64,000 nucleotides of DNA from an uncultured Pseudomonadota bacterium (GCA_963786445.1 CAWAZU010000037.1:5809-69808); one strand, 5' to 3'. Positions 1-10,738 are shown, counted from the stretch's first letter. Notes: generated by a model not told the origin, from the sequence alone. Program-made: numbers and translations.

Positions 1-66
1 TTATCGAGATGAGGCGTCGTCCACCGCCAGTGCCATCGTGGCCAGATGGGGACGCAACGCGGCGGC

Positions 67-381
67 TCACACCAGACGGACAGGGGCGGGATAGCGGGCG
101 ACGCGAGGGTCGGTGGCCAGCAAGGTGACCTCCTCGACGAGCGCCTGCACGACCAGGATGCGGTCGAACGGGTCCTTGTGCAGCCGCGGCAGGGTCGCGG
201 TCCCCACCGCATGAGCGCCGGTAACCGGCAACTCCTCATAGCCGGCGTCGAGCAGCCCATGCCGCAGGACATGCGCCTCCCAGCGGAAATCGTCACGGCC
301 GAGCGCCATCGCTGGCTGCGCCAGAAAGCTCCTCGTCTTCGCCAACACCGTCGTCCAGCGCGGCTCACCCTGGATAACCAA
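67..381 (-). pseudogene. N-terminally truncated PIN-domain (VapC-like) toxin remnant
   Basis: The 104-aa ORF aligns to the C-terminal two-thirds of the adjacent full VapC (shared ELPVTGAHA, HKDPFDRILV.QA, ARYPAPVRLV). It lacks the N-terminal LLDTH acidic motif. An in-frame TAA sits directly upstream of its TTG start, and there is no cognate antitoxin ORF. Confidence 0.6.
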
Positions 382-413
382 GCCGGAACAAACTTAATGG
401 TTGCTACGCTCGC

Positions 414-800
414 TCAGACCAGCCGGACGGGGGCCGGATAGCGCGCGAGGAGGGGGTCGGCGGTCAGCAGCAACGCATTTTCGACGATGGCCTGGGCGAC
501 GAGGATGCGGTCGAACGGGTCCTTGTGAATCGGCGGGAGCGTGCCGGTCGCGAGCGCATGGGCGCCCGTCACCGGCAATTCGTGACAGCCGAAGTCGAGC
601 ATCGTGCGGTGGAACGCGGTCGGGTCTTGAGGGAAATCCTTGCGCCCCTGCGCGTGCTTGATCGCCATCTCCCACAGGCTCGCGGCGCTGAGCAGCAGCG
701 TGTTGGACGGGTCGGCAATCATGGTGCGGGCCGCAGCAGAGAGCATGGCCGGGCGCCCTGCCGCCCATATCAACAGATGCGTATCGAGCAGCAGTCTCAC
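414..800 (-). CDS. vapC: Type II toxin, PIN-domain ribonuclease (VapC family)
   Basis: GTG start overlaps the antitoxin stop (GTGA). N-terminal VRLLLDTHLLIW and C-terminal HKDPFDRILVAQA...LLTAD are typical PIN/VapC signatures. Length is about 128 aa. Confidence 0.8.
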   Translation of the reverse strand: MRLLLDTHLLIWAAGRPAMLSAAARTMIADPSNTLLLSAASLWEMAIKHAQGRKDFPQDPTAFHRTMLDFGCHELPVTGAHALATGTLPPIHKDPFDRILVAQAIVENALLLTADPLLARYPAPVRLV

Positions 801-1045
801 TCGTCTTCGCCATAAAACATCTTCTCGATTTCGTCGTCCCCGATCCGATCGAATTTCTCCGGCACGGCGATCTTGCCTTCCAGGAAGCCGAGCCGACGGG
901 GAGCCTGTTCTGCCGGGCGTTCGACCGCCTCGACCTTGACCATCGGTTTGCCGGCCTTGGCGATGATGAACGGCTCGCCCTTCGCGGCCTCGTCGATCAG
1001 GCGCGACAGATGCGTCTTGGCTTCGTGAATGTTGACGATGCGCAT
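797..1045 (-). CDS. Type II antitoxin, Phd/YefM family
   Basis: 82 aa. MRIVNIHEAKTHLSRLIDEAAKGEPFIIAKAGKP matches the Phd/YefM N-terminal fold signature. The stop overlaps the start of the downstream PIN toxin by 4 nt. Confidence 0.8.
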   Translation of the reverse strand: MRIVNIHEAKTHLSRLIDEAAKGEPFIIAKAGKPMVKVEAVERPAEQAPRRLGFLEGKIAVPEKFDRIGDDEIEKMFYGEDE

Positions 1046-1104
1046 GTCTCAGGCCCTCCGGACTTAGTCCGATAAACTTAGTCCATCTTCGCGCTGGCAT
1101 CAAC

Positions 1105-3338
1105 TCATAGAAAACTCATCGGGTCCACGTCCACGTCGATCCGGGCCGCCCCGCGCGGTTGCACCTTTTCGAGCCAGGACCGTAACAAGGGTTGCACCGC
1201 GATGTCGCGCCGCGTCTTCAGCAGCAGCCGCCGCCGGTGCCGCCCGCGCAGGATCGCCAGCGGCGCCGGCGCCGGGCCGAGCACCGCGATGCCGTCGCCG
1301 TGCGGTGCGGCGCGCGCCAGGTCGCGGGCGGTGGCGTCGGCCGCCTCGGCCGACTCGGCGCTGACGATCAGCGCCGCCAGCCGGCCATAGGGCGGCCAGT
1401 GGCCGGGCCGGCGCTGCGCCGCCTCGCTCGCCATGAAGCGGGCGAGGTCGCCGGCGAGCAGCGCCTGCATCACCGGATGCGCGGGGTCGAACGTCTGCAG
1501 CAGCACCTCGCCGGGCGCCTCGGCGCGGCCGGCGCGGCCGGCGACCTGGTGCAGCAACTGCACCGTCCGCTCCGCCGCGCGCAGATCGCCGCCCGCCAGG
1601 CCCGAGATCGGCATCGACCACGCCGACCAGCGTCAGATGCGGAAAATGCCAGCCTTTGGCGACGATCTGCGTGCCGATGATGAGGTCGATCTCGCGCGCC
1701 GCGATGGCGCGTGCCGCCTCGGCCGCGGCGTGCGGGCCGGGGATGGTGTCGCTCGCCATCACCAGCGTCCGCGCCGCCGGGAAGGTCGCGGCGGCTTCCT
1801 CGGTGATGCGCTCGACGCCCGGACCCACGGGCGGTGAGGCTCGCCTCGGCACCGCAGACCGGGCACGCCTGCGGGATCGGCTCGGCGTGGCCGCAATGGT
1901 GGCATTGCAGCTGGCGGCGCACGCGATGCTCGACCAGCCAGGCGGTGCAGTTCGGGCATTGCATGCGGTGGCCGCAATGCCGGCACAGCGTCAGCGGCGC
2001 GTAGCCGCGGCGGTTGAGGAACAGCATCGCCTGCTCGCCGCGCGCGAACGCCGCCTGCACCGCAGCGACCAGCGGCGGCGACGAGAAACCGCCCGCGCTC
2101 CGGCGGCGCGTCGCGCAGATCGACCAGCCGCACCGTCGGCAGCGCCGCCCCGGCGTGGCGCGAGGGCAGGTGCAGGCGGCGATAGCGCCCGGCCTCCACG
2201 TTCGCCATCGTCTCCAGGCTGGGCGTGGCCGAGACCAGCACCGCCGGCGCCGCGCACAGGCGGGCGCGCACCACCGCCATGTCGCGGGCGTGGTAGATCA
2301 CGCCCTCCTCCTGCTTGAACGCGGTCTCGTGCTCCTCGTCGATGACGACCAGGCCGAGATCGGGGAACGGCAGGAACAGCGCCGAGCGCGCGCCGACCAC
2401 CACCGGCGCCGTGCCCGCCGCCACCGCCCGCCAGGTGATCCGCCGCGTGCGCGAGGACAGGTCGGAGTGCCAGACCGCCGGCGCCACGCCGAAGCGGCGC
2501 TCGAACCGCTCCAGCCATTGCGAGGACAGCGCGATCTCCGGCAGCAGCACCAGCGCCTGCCGCCCCGCGCGCAGGCAGGACGCCACCGCCTCCAGATACA
2601 CTTCGGTCTTGCCCGAGCCGGTGACGCCATCCAGCAGCGTGACCGAGAACGCGCGCGCCGCCACCGCCTCGCGCAACGCCTCGGCGGCTTGCCTCCTGCG
2701 CGGCGGAGAGCAGCGTGCCGGGACAGTCCGGGTCGGGACGAGCGAACGGATCGCGCGGCGGCAAGGTGATCGGCACGATCAGCCCGGCATCGGCCATGCC
2801 GCGGATGACACCGGCGGTCACCGCGGCCGCCCGGGCCAGATCGGCGCCGCCGCGCGGGCCGTCGGCGAGCGCGGCCAGCACGCGCAGCCGCGCCTCGGTC
2901 AGCCGCGACTCGGGCGGCGGCGTCTCGGCGGCCTGCCAGCCGACCGGCGCGGAGTCCGGCCGCAGCGCGTTCACCCGCAGCGCCATCGCCAGCACCTCGC
3001 CGGGCGCGGCCAGCGTGTAGGCGGCGATCCAATCGACCAGCCGGCGCAGATCCTCGCGCATGCGCGGTGCGTCGAGCAGCGCGGCGAGCGGCTTCAGCCG
3101 CGCCTCCGGCACTGTGGCATCGGGCGCGCCGTCCCACACCACGCCCAGCGTCTCGCGCCGGTTGAGCGGCGCCAGCACGAGGTCGCCCGGCGCCGGCGCC
3201 ATGCCGTGCGGCACCGCGTAGTCGAACGGAGACGGGGAACGGGTAGGGCAGCAGCACCCGCACCCGCCGCAGCGACGCCGGCTCACGCGCCGGTACCGCT
3301 TCTTGCTTGCGCCCCCGCCTTCTGTCCGCCGCCGCCAT
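1105..3338 (-). pseudogene. priA: Primosomal protein N' (PriA helicase), reading frame broken five times
   Basis: PriA hallmarks appear in order but in six frame segments: [11 protein letters not shown] / FDYAVPHG...; [15 protein letters not shown]...VVIDEEHE; [29 protein letters not shown]; [10 protein letters not shown]...[12 protein letters not shown]; [21 protein letters not shown]. Junctions I reconstructed fit 1-nt indels (for example gggcctggcg near 1600 and cgcgggcggttt near 2085). Confidence 0.85.
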
Positions 3339-3376
3339 CCTATATGGTCAGGTGCATCACGCAGGGACGCACTCCC

Positions 3377-4060
3377 ATGAAATTCTTCATCGATACCGCC
3401 GACACGCAGGAAATCCGGTCGCTCGCCGCCAGCGGGCTGCTCGACGGGGTCACCACCAACCCCACGCTGATCGCCAAGTCCGGCCGCAAGATGCTCGATG
3501 TCATCGCGGAAATCTGCGACGTGGTGTCCGGGCCGGTGAGCGCCGAGGTCGCCGCCACCGAATACGACCACATCATGGCCGAGGCGGCCGTGCTGCGCCG
3601 CATCGCCCGCAACGTCACGATCAAGGTGCCGCTGACGCCGGACGGCTTGCGCGCCTGCAAGGCCCTAACCTCGGACGGCGCGATGGTCAACGTCACGCTC
3701 TGTTTCTCCGCCGCCCAGGCGGTGCTGGCGGCCAAGGCGGGGGCCACCTTCATCAGCCCGTTCGTCGGCCGGCTTGACGACATCGGCCACGACGGCATGG
3801 AGCTGGTCGCCGACATCGTGCAGATCTACGCGAACTACGACTATTTCCACACCGAGGTGCTGGTGGCGAGCGTGCGCAGCCCGCTGCACGTCATCACCGC
3901 CGCAAAACTCGGCGCGCATGTCGCGACCCTGCCGCCGGCGGTTTTGCGCAGCCTCTACAACCACCCGCTGACCGAGAAGGGGCTGGCGACCTTCCTCGCC
4001 GACTGGGCCAAGACCGGCCAGCACATCGAGGAACTCAAGACCGCGGCCGGCACGCGGTGA
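3377..4060 (+). CDS. fsa: Transaldolase-family protein (fructose-6-phosphate aldolase / TalC type)
   Basis: 227 aa. [14 protein letters not shown]...GVTTNPTLI...IKVPLT...VNVTLCFS...[15 protein letters not shown] is the short transaldolase/FSA signature. Confidence 0.85.
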   Translation: MKFFIDTADTQEIRSLAASGLLDGVTTNPTLIAKSGRKMLDVIAEICDVVSGPVSAEVAATEYDHIMAEAAVLRRIARNVTIKVPLTPDGLRACKALTSDGAMVNVTLCFSAAQAVLAAKAGATFISPFVGRLDDIGHDGMELVADIVQIYANYDYFHTEVLVASVRSPLHVITAAKLGAHVATLPPAVLRSLYNHPLTEKGLATFLADWAKTGQHIEELKTAAGTR

Positions 4061-4704
4061 CCGATCCGGCCCCCGAGCGCGGTGCCACGCTGCAGGCGGC
4101 CGAGATCGCCGCCTGGCTGCGCGCGCATCCGCGCTTTCTTGCCGAACGGCCTGACCTGTATCGCTGGCTGGCGCCGCCGGAGCGCGTGCATGGCGAGCGG
4201 CTGGCCGACCACATGGCGGCGATGCTGCGCGCCGAGCGGGCGCATGCCGCGGCGATGGCGGAGCGGGCCGACGGCGTGCTGGCCGCCGGCCGCGCCGCCG
4301 CCGGGCTGTCGGCGCGGGTGCAGGAGGCGGTGCTGGTGCTGATCCGTGCCGAGCACCCTGCCGAATGCGTGGCGGCGGAGCTGCCGGCGCTGCTCGGCGT
4401 GGATGCGGCCTCGCTGTGCGTGGAGGCGTTGCTGCCCGGCACCCGTCCGCTGCCGCAGGGGACGGTGGCGCGGCTGCTGGACGGGCGCGCGGTGCTGTTC
4501 CGCGACCTGCCGGACGAGGCGCGGCTGCTGCACGCCGAGGCGGCGGAACTGGCGCAGCACGACGCGCTGGTGCGCGTGCCGGGCGAGGGGCCGCCGGCCT
4601 TGCTGGCGCTGGTGGCGCGCGACGGCAGAGCGCTCGACCCCGGCCAGGGCGCAGGGGCGCTGGCGTTCCTCGGCCGGGCGGTGGCGGCGGCGCTGGGCCG
4701 CTGA
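4057..4704 (+). CDS. DUF484 family protein
   Basis: 215 aa. The N-terminal [17 protein letters not shown] and a GAF-like C-terminus match DUF484. It holds the classic position immediately upstream of xerC. The start overlaps the fsa stop. Confidence 0.7.
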   Translation: MTDPAPERGATLQAAEIAAWLRAHPRFLAERPDLYRWLAPPERVHGERLADHMAAMLRAERAHAAAMAERADGVLAAGRAAAGLSARVQEAVLVLIRAEHPAECVAAELPALLGVDAASLCVEALLPGTRPLPQGTVARLLDGRAVLFRDLPDEARLLHAEAAELAQHDALVRVPGEGPPALLALVARDGRALDPGQGAGALAFLGRAVAAALGR

Positions 4705-4705
4705 G

Positions 4706-5618
4706 GTGCTGGCCGAGGCGGTGCGGCAGGATTTTCTGGTGTGGCTCGCCGCCGAACGCCGCGCCTCGCCGCTCACGATCGAGGCGTATGCAGCTGATCT
4801 TGCGGCATTTTTATCATTTCTGACCGGCCATCTCGGGGATGAGCCAGACACTGGCGGCGCTGGGCGAGCTACGGGCTGCGGATTTCCGCGCCTGGCTGGC
4901 GGCCGAGGCGTCTGCGGGCAAAGGCAACGCGACGCGGGCGCGGCACCTGGCGGCGGTGCGCAGTTTCTTCCGGTTCGTGGCGCGGCGGCATGGCGTGAGC
5001 AACGCCCAGGTGCGGCTGCTGACCGCGCCGAGGGTGCGCCGTCCGCTGCCGCGGGCGCTGGACCCGCCGGCGGCGCGCAGCGTGGCCGAAGACATTGGCG
5101 TGATGTCGGATGCCGCCGCGGTGCAGGCGCGCGACGTGGCGCTGTTCACGCTGCTCTACGGGTGCGGGCTGCGCATCGCCGAGGCGCTGGCGCTGAACGT
5201 CGGCGACGCGGGGCGCGCGCGACTGGGCAGGACGCTGCTGGTGACCGGCAAGGGATCGAAGCAGCGGCTGGTGCCGGTGCTGCCGGCGGTGCGCGCGGCG
5301 ATCGAGGCGTGGCTCGCTTTGCATCCGCGGCCGGTGCCGGAGGCGCCGCTGTTCCTGGGCGTGCGCGGCGGGCGGCTGGATGCGGCGGTGGCGCAGCGGA
5401 CGCTGCGCGAATTCCGCCGACTGAGCGGCTTGCCGGAGCATGCGACGCCGCACGCGCTGCGGCACTCGTTCGCGACGCATCTGCTGGCGGCGGGCGGCGA
5501 CCTGCGGGCGATCCAGGACCTGCTCGGGCACGCGAACCTGTCCACGACGCAGCGCTACACGTCGGTGGATGCGGCGCGGTTGCTGGAGGTGTGGCGGCAG
5601 ACGCATCCGCGCGGTTAG
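4706..5618 (+). pseudogene. xerC: Tyrosine recombinase XerC with one apparent frameshift near 4835
   Basis: The N-terminal SAM-like part (FLVWLAAERRASPLTIEAYAADLAAFLSFL) is in frame 2. The rest (ATRARHLAAVRSFFRF ... HALRHSFATHLL ... LLGHANLSTTQRYT) is in frame 0. The switch lies at a gggg run (ctcggggatgag). Confidence 0.8.
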
Positions 5619-5790
5619 GTCCGCGCCGGGCAGCGCTCGGCTTCTTTCCATAATATCCCTTATGCGGCAATCGTCGGGCGGGACCGACGGCGCGGCGGCC
5701 CGCCACTTGCCATGCCTGCCGCCCGGCGCGATCATCCCGCGAACGTCGCAAAAGCAACCCGACAGCGACCTGAAACCACGGAGGACCGCC

Positions 5791-6870
5791 GTGCTCGACC
5801 GCAGCCCGATCAAGGATGCACTGGGCACCCCGACCGGCCGGCGCGGCCTGCTCGGCGGATCCGCGGCCCTGCTCGCGTTCGCGGCCTCGCTGCGCGGCGC
5901 CAAGGCAGCCGGGACGCTGACGGTCGCCGATCCCGGCGGCGCCTGGTCGCCGGCCTGCGACGCGGCTTTCGTGAAGCCGTTCGAACAGGCGTCCGGCATC
6001 TCGATCGACCACATCGCCCGGCAGCACTATCCGAGCGTGGAGATCAAGGCGAATGTCGAGGCGCACACCTATAGCTGGGACGCCGTGATCGCGACGGACG
6101 CCGACGTGGCCGAGCTGTCGCCGCAGAAGCTGCTGGAGATGCTGGACTGGAGCGGTCCGGACATGGCGCAGATCATGCCCGCCGCCCGCAAGCCCGACTG
6201 GATGGGAACCGACACCTACGCGACGGTGATCGGCTATCGCACCGACAGGTTCGGCAAGAACGGGCCGGACAGCTGGGCCGATTTCTGGAATGTGGCGAAA
6301 TTTCCCGGCCGTCGGGCGATGCACAAGCACCCGATCGACACGCTGGAAGAGGCCCTGATGGCCGATGGCGTGGCAATGGACAAGCTCTATCCGATCGACA
6401 TGGACCGCGCCTTCAGGAAGCTCGACCAGATCAAGCCGCATGTGGACGTCTGGTGGACCGGCGGGGCGCAGACCACGCAGATGCTGGAGAGCGGCGAGGT
6501 GGACATGGTGCCGCTGTGGAATGCCCGCGCCCAGGTCATCATCGACGCCGGAAAGCCGGTCGGCATTTCCTGGAACCAGGGCATCTTTGCGCTTGAAGGC
6601 TGGGTGATCCCGAAGGGCGATCCGCGCGCCGACACCGCGCGCAAGTTCGTCGCGTTCTGCGCCAATGCCAAGCGTCAGGCGGAATTCGTCTCCTCGCTGT
6701 CGTACGGGCCGACCAACCCGAAGGCGTACGACTACATTTCCCCCGAGCGGGCGAAATATCTTCCGACCGCGCCTGCCAACCTCAAGCTGATGGTGCAGTC
6801 GAGCACCGAGTGGTGGGGCAGGAACAAGGCGCAGGCGATCGAGCGCTTCAATGCCTGGTTGCTGACTTAG
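5791..6870 (+). CDS. ABC transporter substrate-binding protein, polyamine (PotD/PotF)-like
   Basis: GTG start 5 nt after GGAGGA. Tat-like signal RRGLLGGSAALLAFAASL. Length and overall pattern resemble the extracellular solute-binding family 1, and ABC ATPase and permease genes follow. Confidence 0.75.
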   Translation: MLDRSPIKDALGTPTGRRGLLGGSAALLAFAASLRGAKAAGTLTVADPGGAWSPACDAAFVKPFEQASGISIDHIARQHYPSVEIKANVEAHTYSWDAVIATDADVAELSPQKLLEMLDWSGPDMAQIMPAARKPDWMGTDTYATVIGYRTDRFGKNGPDSWADFWNVAKFPGRRAMHKHPIDTLEEALMADGVAMDKLYPIDMDRAFRKLDQIKPHVDVWWTGGAQTTQMLESGEVDMVPLWNARAQVIIDAGKPVGISWNQGIFALEGWVIPKGDPRADTARKFVAFCANAKRQAEFVSSLSYGPTNPKAYDYISPERAKYLPTAPANLKLMVQSSTEWWGRNKAQAIERFNAWLLT

Positions 6871-6910
6871 CCCGGCATGCGGCCGGCGCGTCCCCGGCCC
6901 GGAGGCGGCC

Positions 6911-8002
6911 GTGACGGCGCGTAACATCAAACTGTCGATCCGCGACGTTTCCAAGACCTATGGTGCGGTGACGGCGCTCGATGCTGCCAGCCTGGACCTG
7001 GCCGAGGGCGAGTTCCTGACGCTGCTCGGCCCTTCCGGCTCCGGCAAGAGCACGCTGCTCATGCTGATCGCGGGTCTGATCGCGCCGAGCGGAGGCGAAA
7101 TCTGGATCGACGGCCGGCTCGCCACCTACCTTCCGGCCAACCGGCGCGACATCGGCGTGGTGTTCCAGAACTACGCGCTGTTCCCGCACATGACGATCGC
7201 CGAGAACGTCGCCTTCCCGCTGCGCATGCGTCGCATGGCGGCGGGGCGGATCGCGTCGGAGGTGACGCGGGCGCTGGAGATGGTGCGGCTTGCGCATGTC
7301 GCCGGCCGGTTCCCGCGCGAGCTGTCCGGCGGCCAGCAGCAGCGGATCGCGCTGGCGCGCTGCATGGTCTATGGCCCGTCCATCATCCTGATGGACGAGC
7401 CGCTCGGTGCGCTGGACCGCAAGCTGCGCGACCACATGCAGATGGAGATCAAGGAGCTGCACCAACGGCTTGGCATCACGGTCCTCTACGTCACCCACGA
7501 CCAGGACGAGGCGATGGCGATGTCGGATCGGATCTGCCTGATGAGCAGCGGGCGGATCGAGCAGATCGGCACGCCGCGCGAATTGTATTTCCAGCCGCGC
7601 AGCCTGTTCGCGGCCGACTTCCTGGGCGAATCCAACATTGTCGATGCGGTCGTCGTCGGGCGCGGCGAGACGGCGGTGCTGCGTGCCGCCGGCGGGCTGG
7701 AAATCCGCGTCGGCGCCGGCGTTCCGGCGCAGGGGCCGGTCAAGCTGATCCTGCGCCCCGAAAGCCTGCGGCTGCTGGCCGCCGGCGAGCGGGCCGACAA
7801 CGAGGCCGCGGCGACGCTGCGCGAGAGCGTATTCACCGGCGGCGCGTCCCGCCATTTCGTGACGCTGGCCAGTGGCCTCGTGCTGTCGGTCAGAGCGCTC
7901 ACCGACCGTGTGGCGCCGGTCGTGCAACCGGGCCAGGCGGTGCGGGTCGGCTGGGATCTGGACCAGGCCGTGGTGCTGCCGGCGGACGGCGCAGCGCCAT
8001 GA
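6911..8002 (+). CDS. ABC transporter ATP-binding protein (PotA-like)
   Basis: Walker A GPSGSGKST, signature LSGGQQQRIALAR, Walker B IILMDEP, and a C-terminal TOBE-like extension. Confidence 0.85.
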   Translation: MTARNIKLSIRDVSKTYGAVTALDAASLDLAEGEFLTLLGPSGSGKSTLLMLIAGLIAPSGGEIWIDGRLATYLPANRRDIGVVFQNYALFPHMTIAENVAFPLRMRRMAAGRIASEVTRALEMVRLAHVAGRFPRELSGGQQQRIALARCMVYGPSIILMDEPLGALDRKLRDHMQMEIKELHQRLGITVLYVTHDQDEAMAMSDRICLMSSGRIEQIGTPRELYFQPRSLFAADFLGESNIVDAVVVGRGETAVLRAAGGLEIRVGAGVPAQGPVKLILRPESLRLLAAGERADNEAAATLRESVFTGGASRHFVTLASGLVLSVRALTDRVAPVVQPGQAVRVGWDLDQAVVLPADGAAP

Positions 8003-9810
8003 GCGCCACCGCCACGCTGGCGGCCGGACGACGCAGGCCGCTGCGGCAGGCGGGATGGATTCAGGCCTGGCCGCTCTATCCGCTGTTGCTGCTGATCTTG
8101 GCGGTGTTCGTCTATCCGGTCGCGCAAATTCTCTGGCTCAGCGTCGTCGATCCGGCCGGCGCGCTCACGCTCGCGAACTTTGCCCGGGTCGTGCGGACGC
8201 CGGTCTATCTGCTGACGCTCGGCATCACGCTCAGGATCGCGCTGTGGACGACGCTGATCTCGCTGCTGGCCGGCTACCCGGTCGCCTATCTGCTCGCCAC
8301 GGCCGGGCCGCGCGCGCGGGACGTGCTGACCATCCTGGTCCTGATGCCGTTCTGGACCAGCTTCCTGGTCCGTACCTTCGCCTGGATGATCCTGCTGGGC
8401 CGCAACGGGGTGGTCAACCGGCTGTTGATGGCGTTGGGCGTGACCGATGCGCCGCTGCGCCTCATCTTCAACTTCACCGGCGTCATGATCGGCATGGTGC
8501 ATGCCATGATGCCGCTGGCGGTGGTGGCGATGCTGTCCGTGATGCAGCGGATCGACCTGACGCTGCTGAAGGCAGGGCGCACCCTGGGCGCGCGGAGCGG
8601 CCAGGCGTTCTGGCGCATTTATGTGCCGCTTTCCTGGCCCGGCGTGGCGGCGGCCGGCTTGCTGGTGTTCATCACCGCCCTCGGCTTCTTCATCACCCCG
8701 GCGCTGCTCGGCGGGCGGCACGAGACCATGCTGGCGCAAATCATCATTTCGGTGATCGAGGAGCTGATGGACTGGCGGTTTGCCGCGACGCTTTCGGTCG
8801 TGCTGCTGGTCGCGTCGGGGATCGTGTTCTGGCTCTATGACCGGATCCTCGGCCTCTCGACGCTCGCGGGCGGGGATCTGGCAGCAGGGCGGCAGCGGCG
8901 GCCGGGCCTGCTGGCGCAGGCCGGCGCGCTGGCCGGGCGTGCGCTGGTCACGCTGCTCGGCCGGATGTCGGACGCGGCGGAGCGCCTGTGGGAGGCGGTT
9001 GTGCCGGTGCGCGCGGGCCGTCCGCAGCCTCGCGTCGGGCGCGTCGTGCTGTGGATCGTCGTCGCCGCGATCATCGGCTTCCTGTGTCTGCCGTCGCTCT
9101 TCGTCATCCCGGTCTCCTTCACCTCGGGCAACTTCATCGACTTCCCGCCGAGCGGGTTTTCGCTGCGCTGGTATGCGGCCTATTTCGGCTCGTCGGTCTG
9201 GCTGCATGCGACGCTCCGGTCGTTCATCGTGGCGGGCGCGACCAGTGTTCTCGCCACCGTCCTCGGCACCGGCGCGTCGTTCGTGCTGGTTCGCCAGAGG
9301 CTGGTCGGGCGGATGGCGATCCTGTCGCTGATCCTGGCCCCCCTGGTGCTGCCGCGAATCATCCTGGCGGTGGGACTGTTCTATCTCTATGCGCGGCTCG
9401 GCCTGATCGGCACGGTGCTCGGCCTGGTGCTCGGGCATACGGTGCTGGCCGTGCCCTATGTCGTGATCACGGTCATGGCGGTGCTGCGCACCTACGACGA
9501 GTGGCTGGACCATGCCGCGCTGAGCCTCGGGGCGAGCTGGTTGCGGACCTTGTGGCACATCACCCTGCCGCAGATTCGGGGGGGCCTGATCGCGGGTTTT
9601 CTGTTCGCCTTCATCACCTCCTTCGACGAGCTGACGGTTGCGCTGTTCATCAGCGGCGGCAGCAGTTCGACGCTGCCGCGGGAAATGTGGAACGACCTGC
9701 TGTTGCAGGTGAACCCGACACTGGCCGCAGTCTCCAGCGTCATCCTGGTGTTCGCCATGACATTGATCCTGGCGGCCGAGGCGCTCCGCCGGCGGACGAC
9801 GGTGCGCTGA
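7999..9810 (+). CDS. Fused double ABC permease (PotB-like + PotC-like in one 603-aa polypeptide)
   Basis: There are two successive six-helix permease modules, each with an EAA-type loop region (LLKAGRTLGA... and DHAALSLGAS...), joined by an Arg/Ala-rich linker near 8880-9050. The ATGA start overlaps the ATPase gene. Confidence 0.8.
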   Translation: MSATATLAAGRRRPLRQAGWIQAWPLYPLLLLILAVFVYPVAQILWLSVVDPAGALTLANFARVVRTPVYLLTLGITLRIALWTTLISLLAGYPVAYLLATAGPRARDVLTILVLMPFWTSFLVRTFAWMILLGRNGVVNRLLMALGVTDAPLRLIFNFTGVMIGMVHAMMPLAVVAMLSVMQRIDLTLLKAGRTLGARSGQAFWRIYVPLSWPGVAAAGLLVFITALGFFITPALLGGRHETMLAQIIISVIEELMDWRFAATLSVVLLVASGIVFWLYDRILGLSTLAGGDLAAGRQRRPGLLAQAGALAGRALVTLLGRMSDAAERLWEAVVPVRAGRPQPRVGRVVLWIVVAAIIGFLCLPSLFVIPVSFTSGNFIDFPPSGFSLRWYAAYFGSSVWLHATLRSFIVAGATSVLATVLGTGASFVLVRQRLVGRMAILSLILAPLVLPRIILAVGLFYLYARLGLIGTVLGLVLGHTVLAVPYVVITVMAVLRTYDEWLDHAALSLGASWLRTLWHITLPQIRGGLIAGFLFAFITSFDELTVALFISGGSSSTLPREMWNDLLLQVNPTLAAVSSVILVFAMTLILAAEALRRRTTVR

Positions 9811-9960
9811 GCGCCGGCGGGCGCCTGGGGCCGGGCAGGACCTTGCCAACCGGCGCCGCGCGCCGCCCCCTGCGACCGCATTGACACTCCGCGATCCAGC
9901 GACCCATGCTGCCCACGCGTCATGCGACGCAGCGGCGCGCGAGGAGAATGCAGGAGCGGC

Positions 9961-10734
9961 ATGACGAATTTCGTGGTTTCCGAACAACGTGGCGCGGTCT
10001 CGCTGATCCGGCTGAACCGGCCGGAGATCCTGAACGCCTGGCACACGCGCATGCGCGAGATGCTGGTGGCGCGGCTGGAGGAAGCGGAGGCCGACGACGC
10101 CATCCGCGCCGTCGTGCTGACCGGGACCGGCGAGCGCGCCTTCTGCGCCGGACAGGACCTGAACGAGACGAAGACATTCGACCCTGACCGCGCCGAGCTC
10201 TGGATCAGGGAGTGGGAGCATCTGTACGGAACGATCCGCTCGCTGTCCAAGGCGCTCGTGATCGCACTGAACGGACTGGCCGCCGGATCGGGCTTTCAGG
10301 TGGCGCTGCTCGGCGACATCCGCATCGGCCATCCGGGCGTGACGATGGGCCAGCCCGAGATCAACGCGGGCATCGCGAGCACCACCGGGCCGTGGATCAT
10401 GCGCGAGATTCTCGGCCTGGCGCGCACCATCGACCTGACGCTGACCGGCCGCATGATGGACGCCGAGGAGTGCCGCGCGATCGGCGTGCTCAATCGCGTG
10501 GTGCCGCCGGAGCGTGTGCTGCCGGAGGCATTGGCGCTGGCCGGGGAGCTGGCCGCCAAGGCGCCGGTGGCGATGCGGCTGAACAAGGCCCGCTTCCGGG
10601 AGGTGACCGAGCCGGGCTTTCGCGATTGCATCGCCGCCGGCGTCCGCAACCAGCGGATCGCCTATGCCACCGGCGAGCCGGCGCGGATGATGGAGCGCTT
10701 CCTGGCCGAGCGGGCCGCCCGCAAACAACGCTGA
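9961..10734 (+). CDS. Enoyl-CoA hydratase/isomerase (crotonase) family protein
   Basis: RLNRPEILNAW...VVLTGTGERAFCAGQDL...ALNGLAAGSGFQVALLGDIRI is a crotonase-fold signature. Confidence 0.8.
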   Translation: MTNFVVSEQRGAVSLIRLNRPEILNAWHTRMREMLVARLEEAEADDAIRAVVLTGTGERAFCAGQDLNETKTFDPDRAELWIREWEHLYGTIRSLSKALVIALNGLAAGSGFQVALLGDIRIGHPGVTMGQPEINAGIASTTGPWIMREILGLARTIDLTLTGRMMDAEECRAIGVLNRVVPPERVLPEALALAGELAAKAPVAMRLNKARFREVTEPGFRDCIAAGVRNQRIAYATGEPARMMERFLAERAARKQR

Positions 10735-10738
10735 TCCC

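Noticed and set aside
46-441. 131-aa plus-strand ORF at the left edge, and other plus-strand ORFs over 400-940
   Set aside because: They lie antisense to the PIN toxin and antitoxin genes, which have clear family signatures and coupled start/stop geometry.
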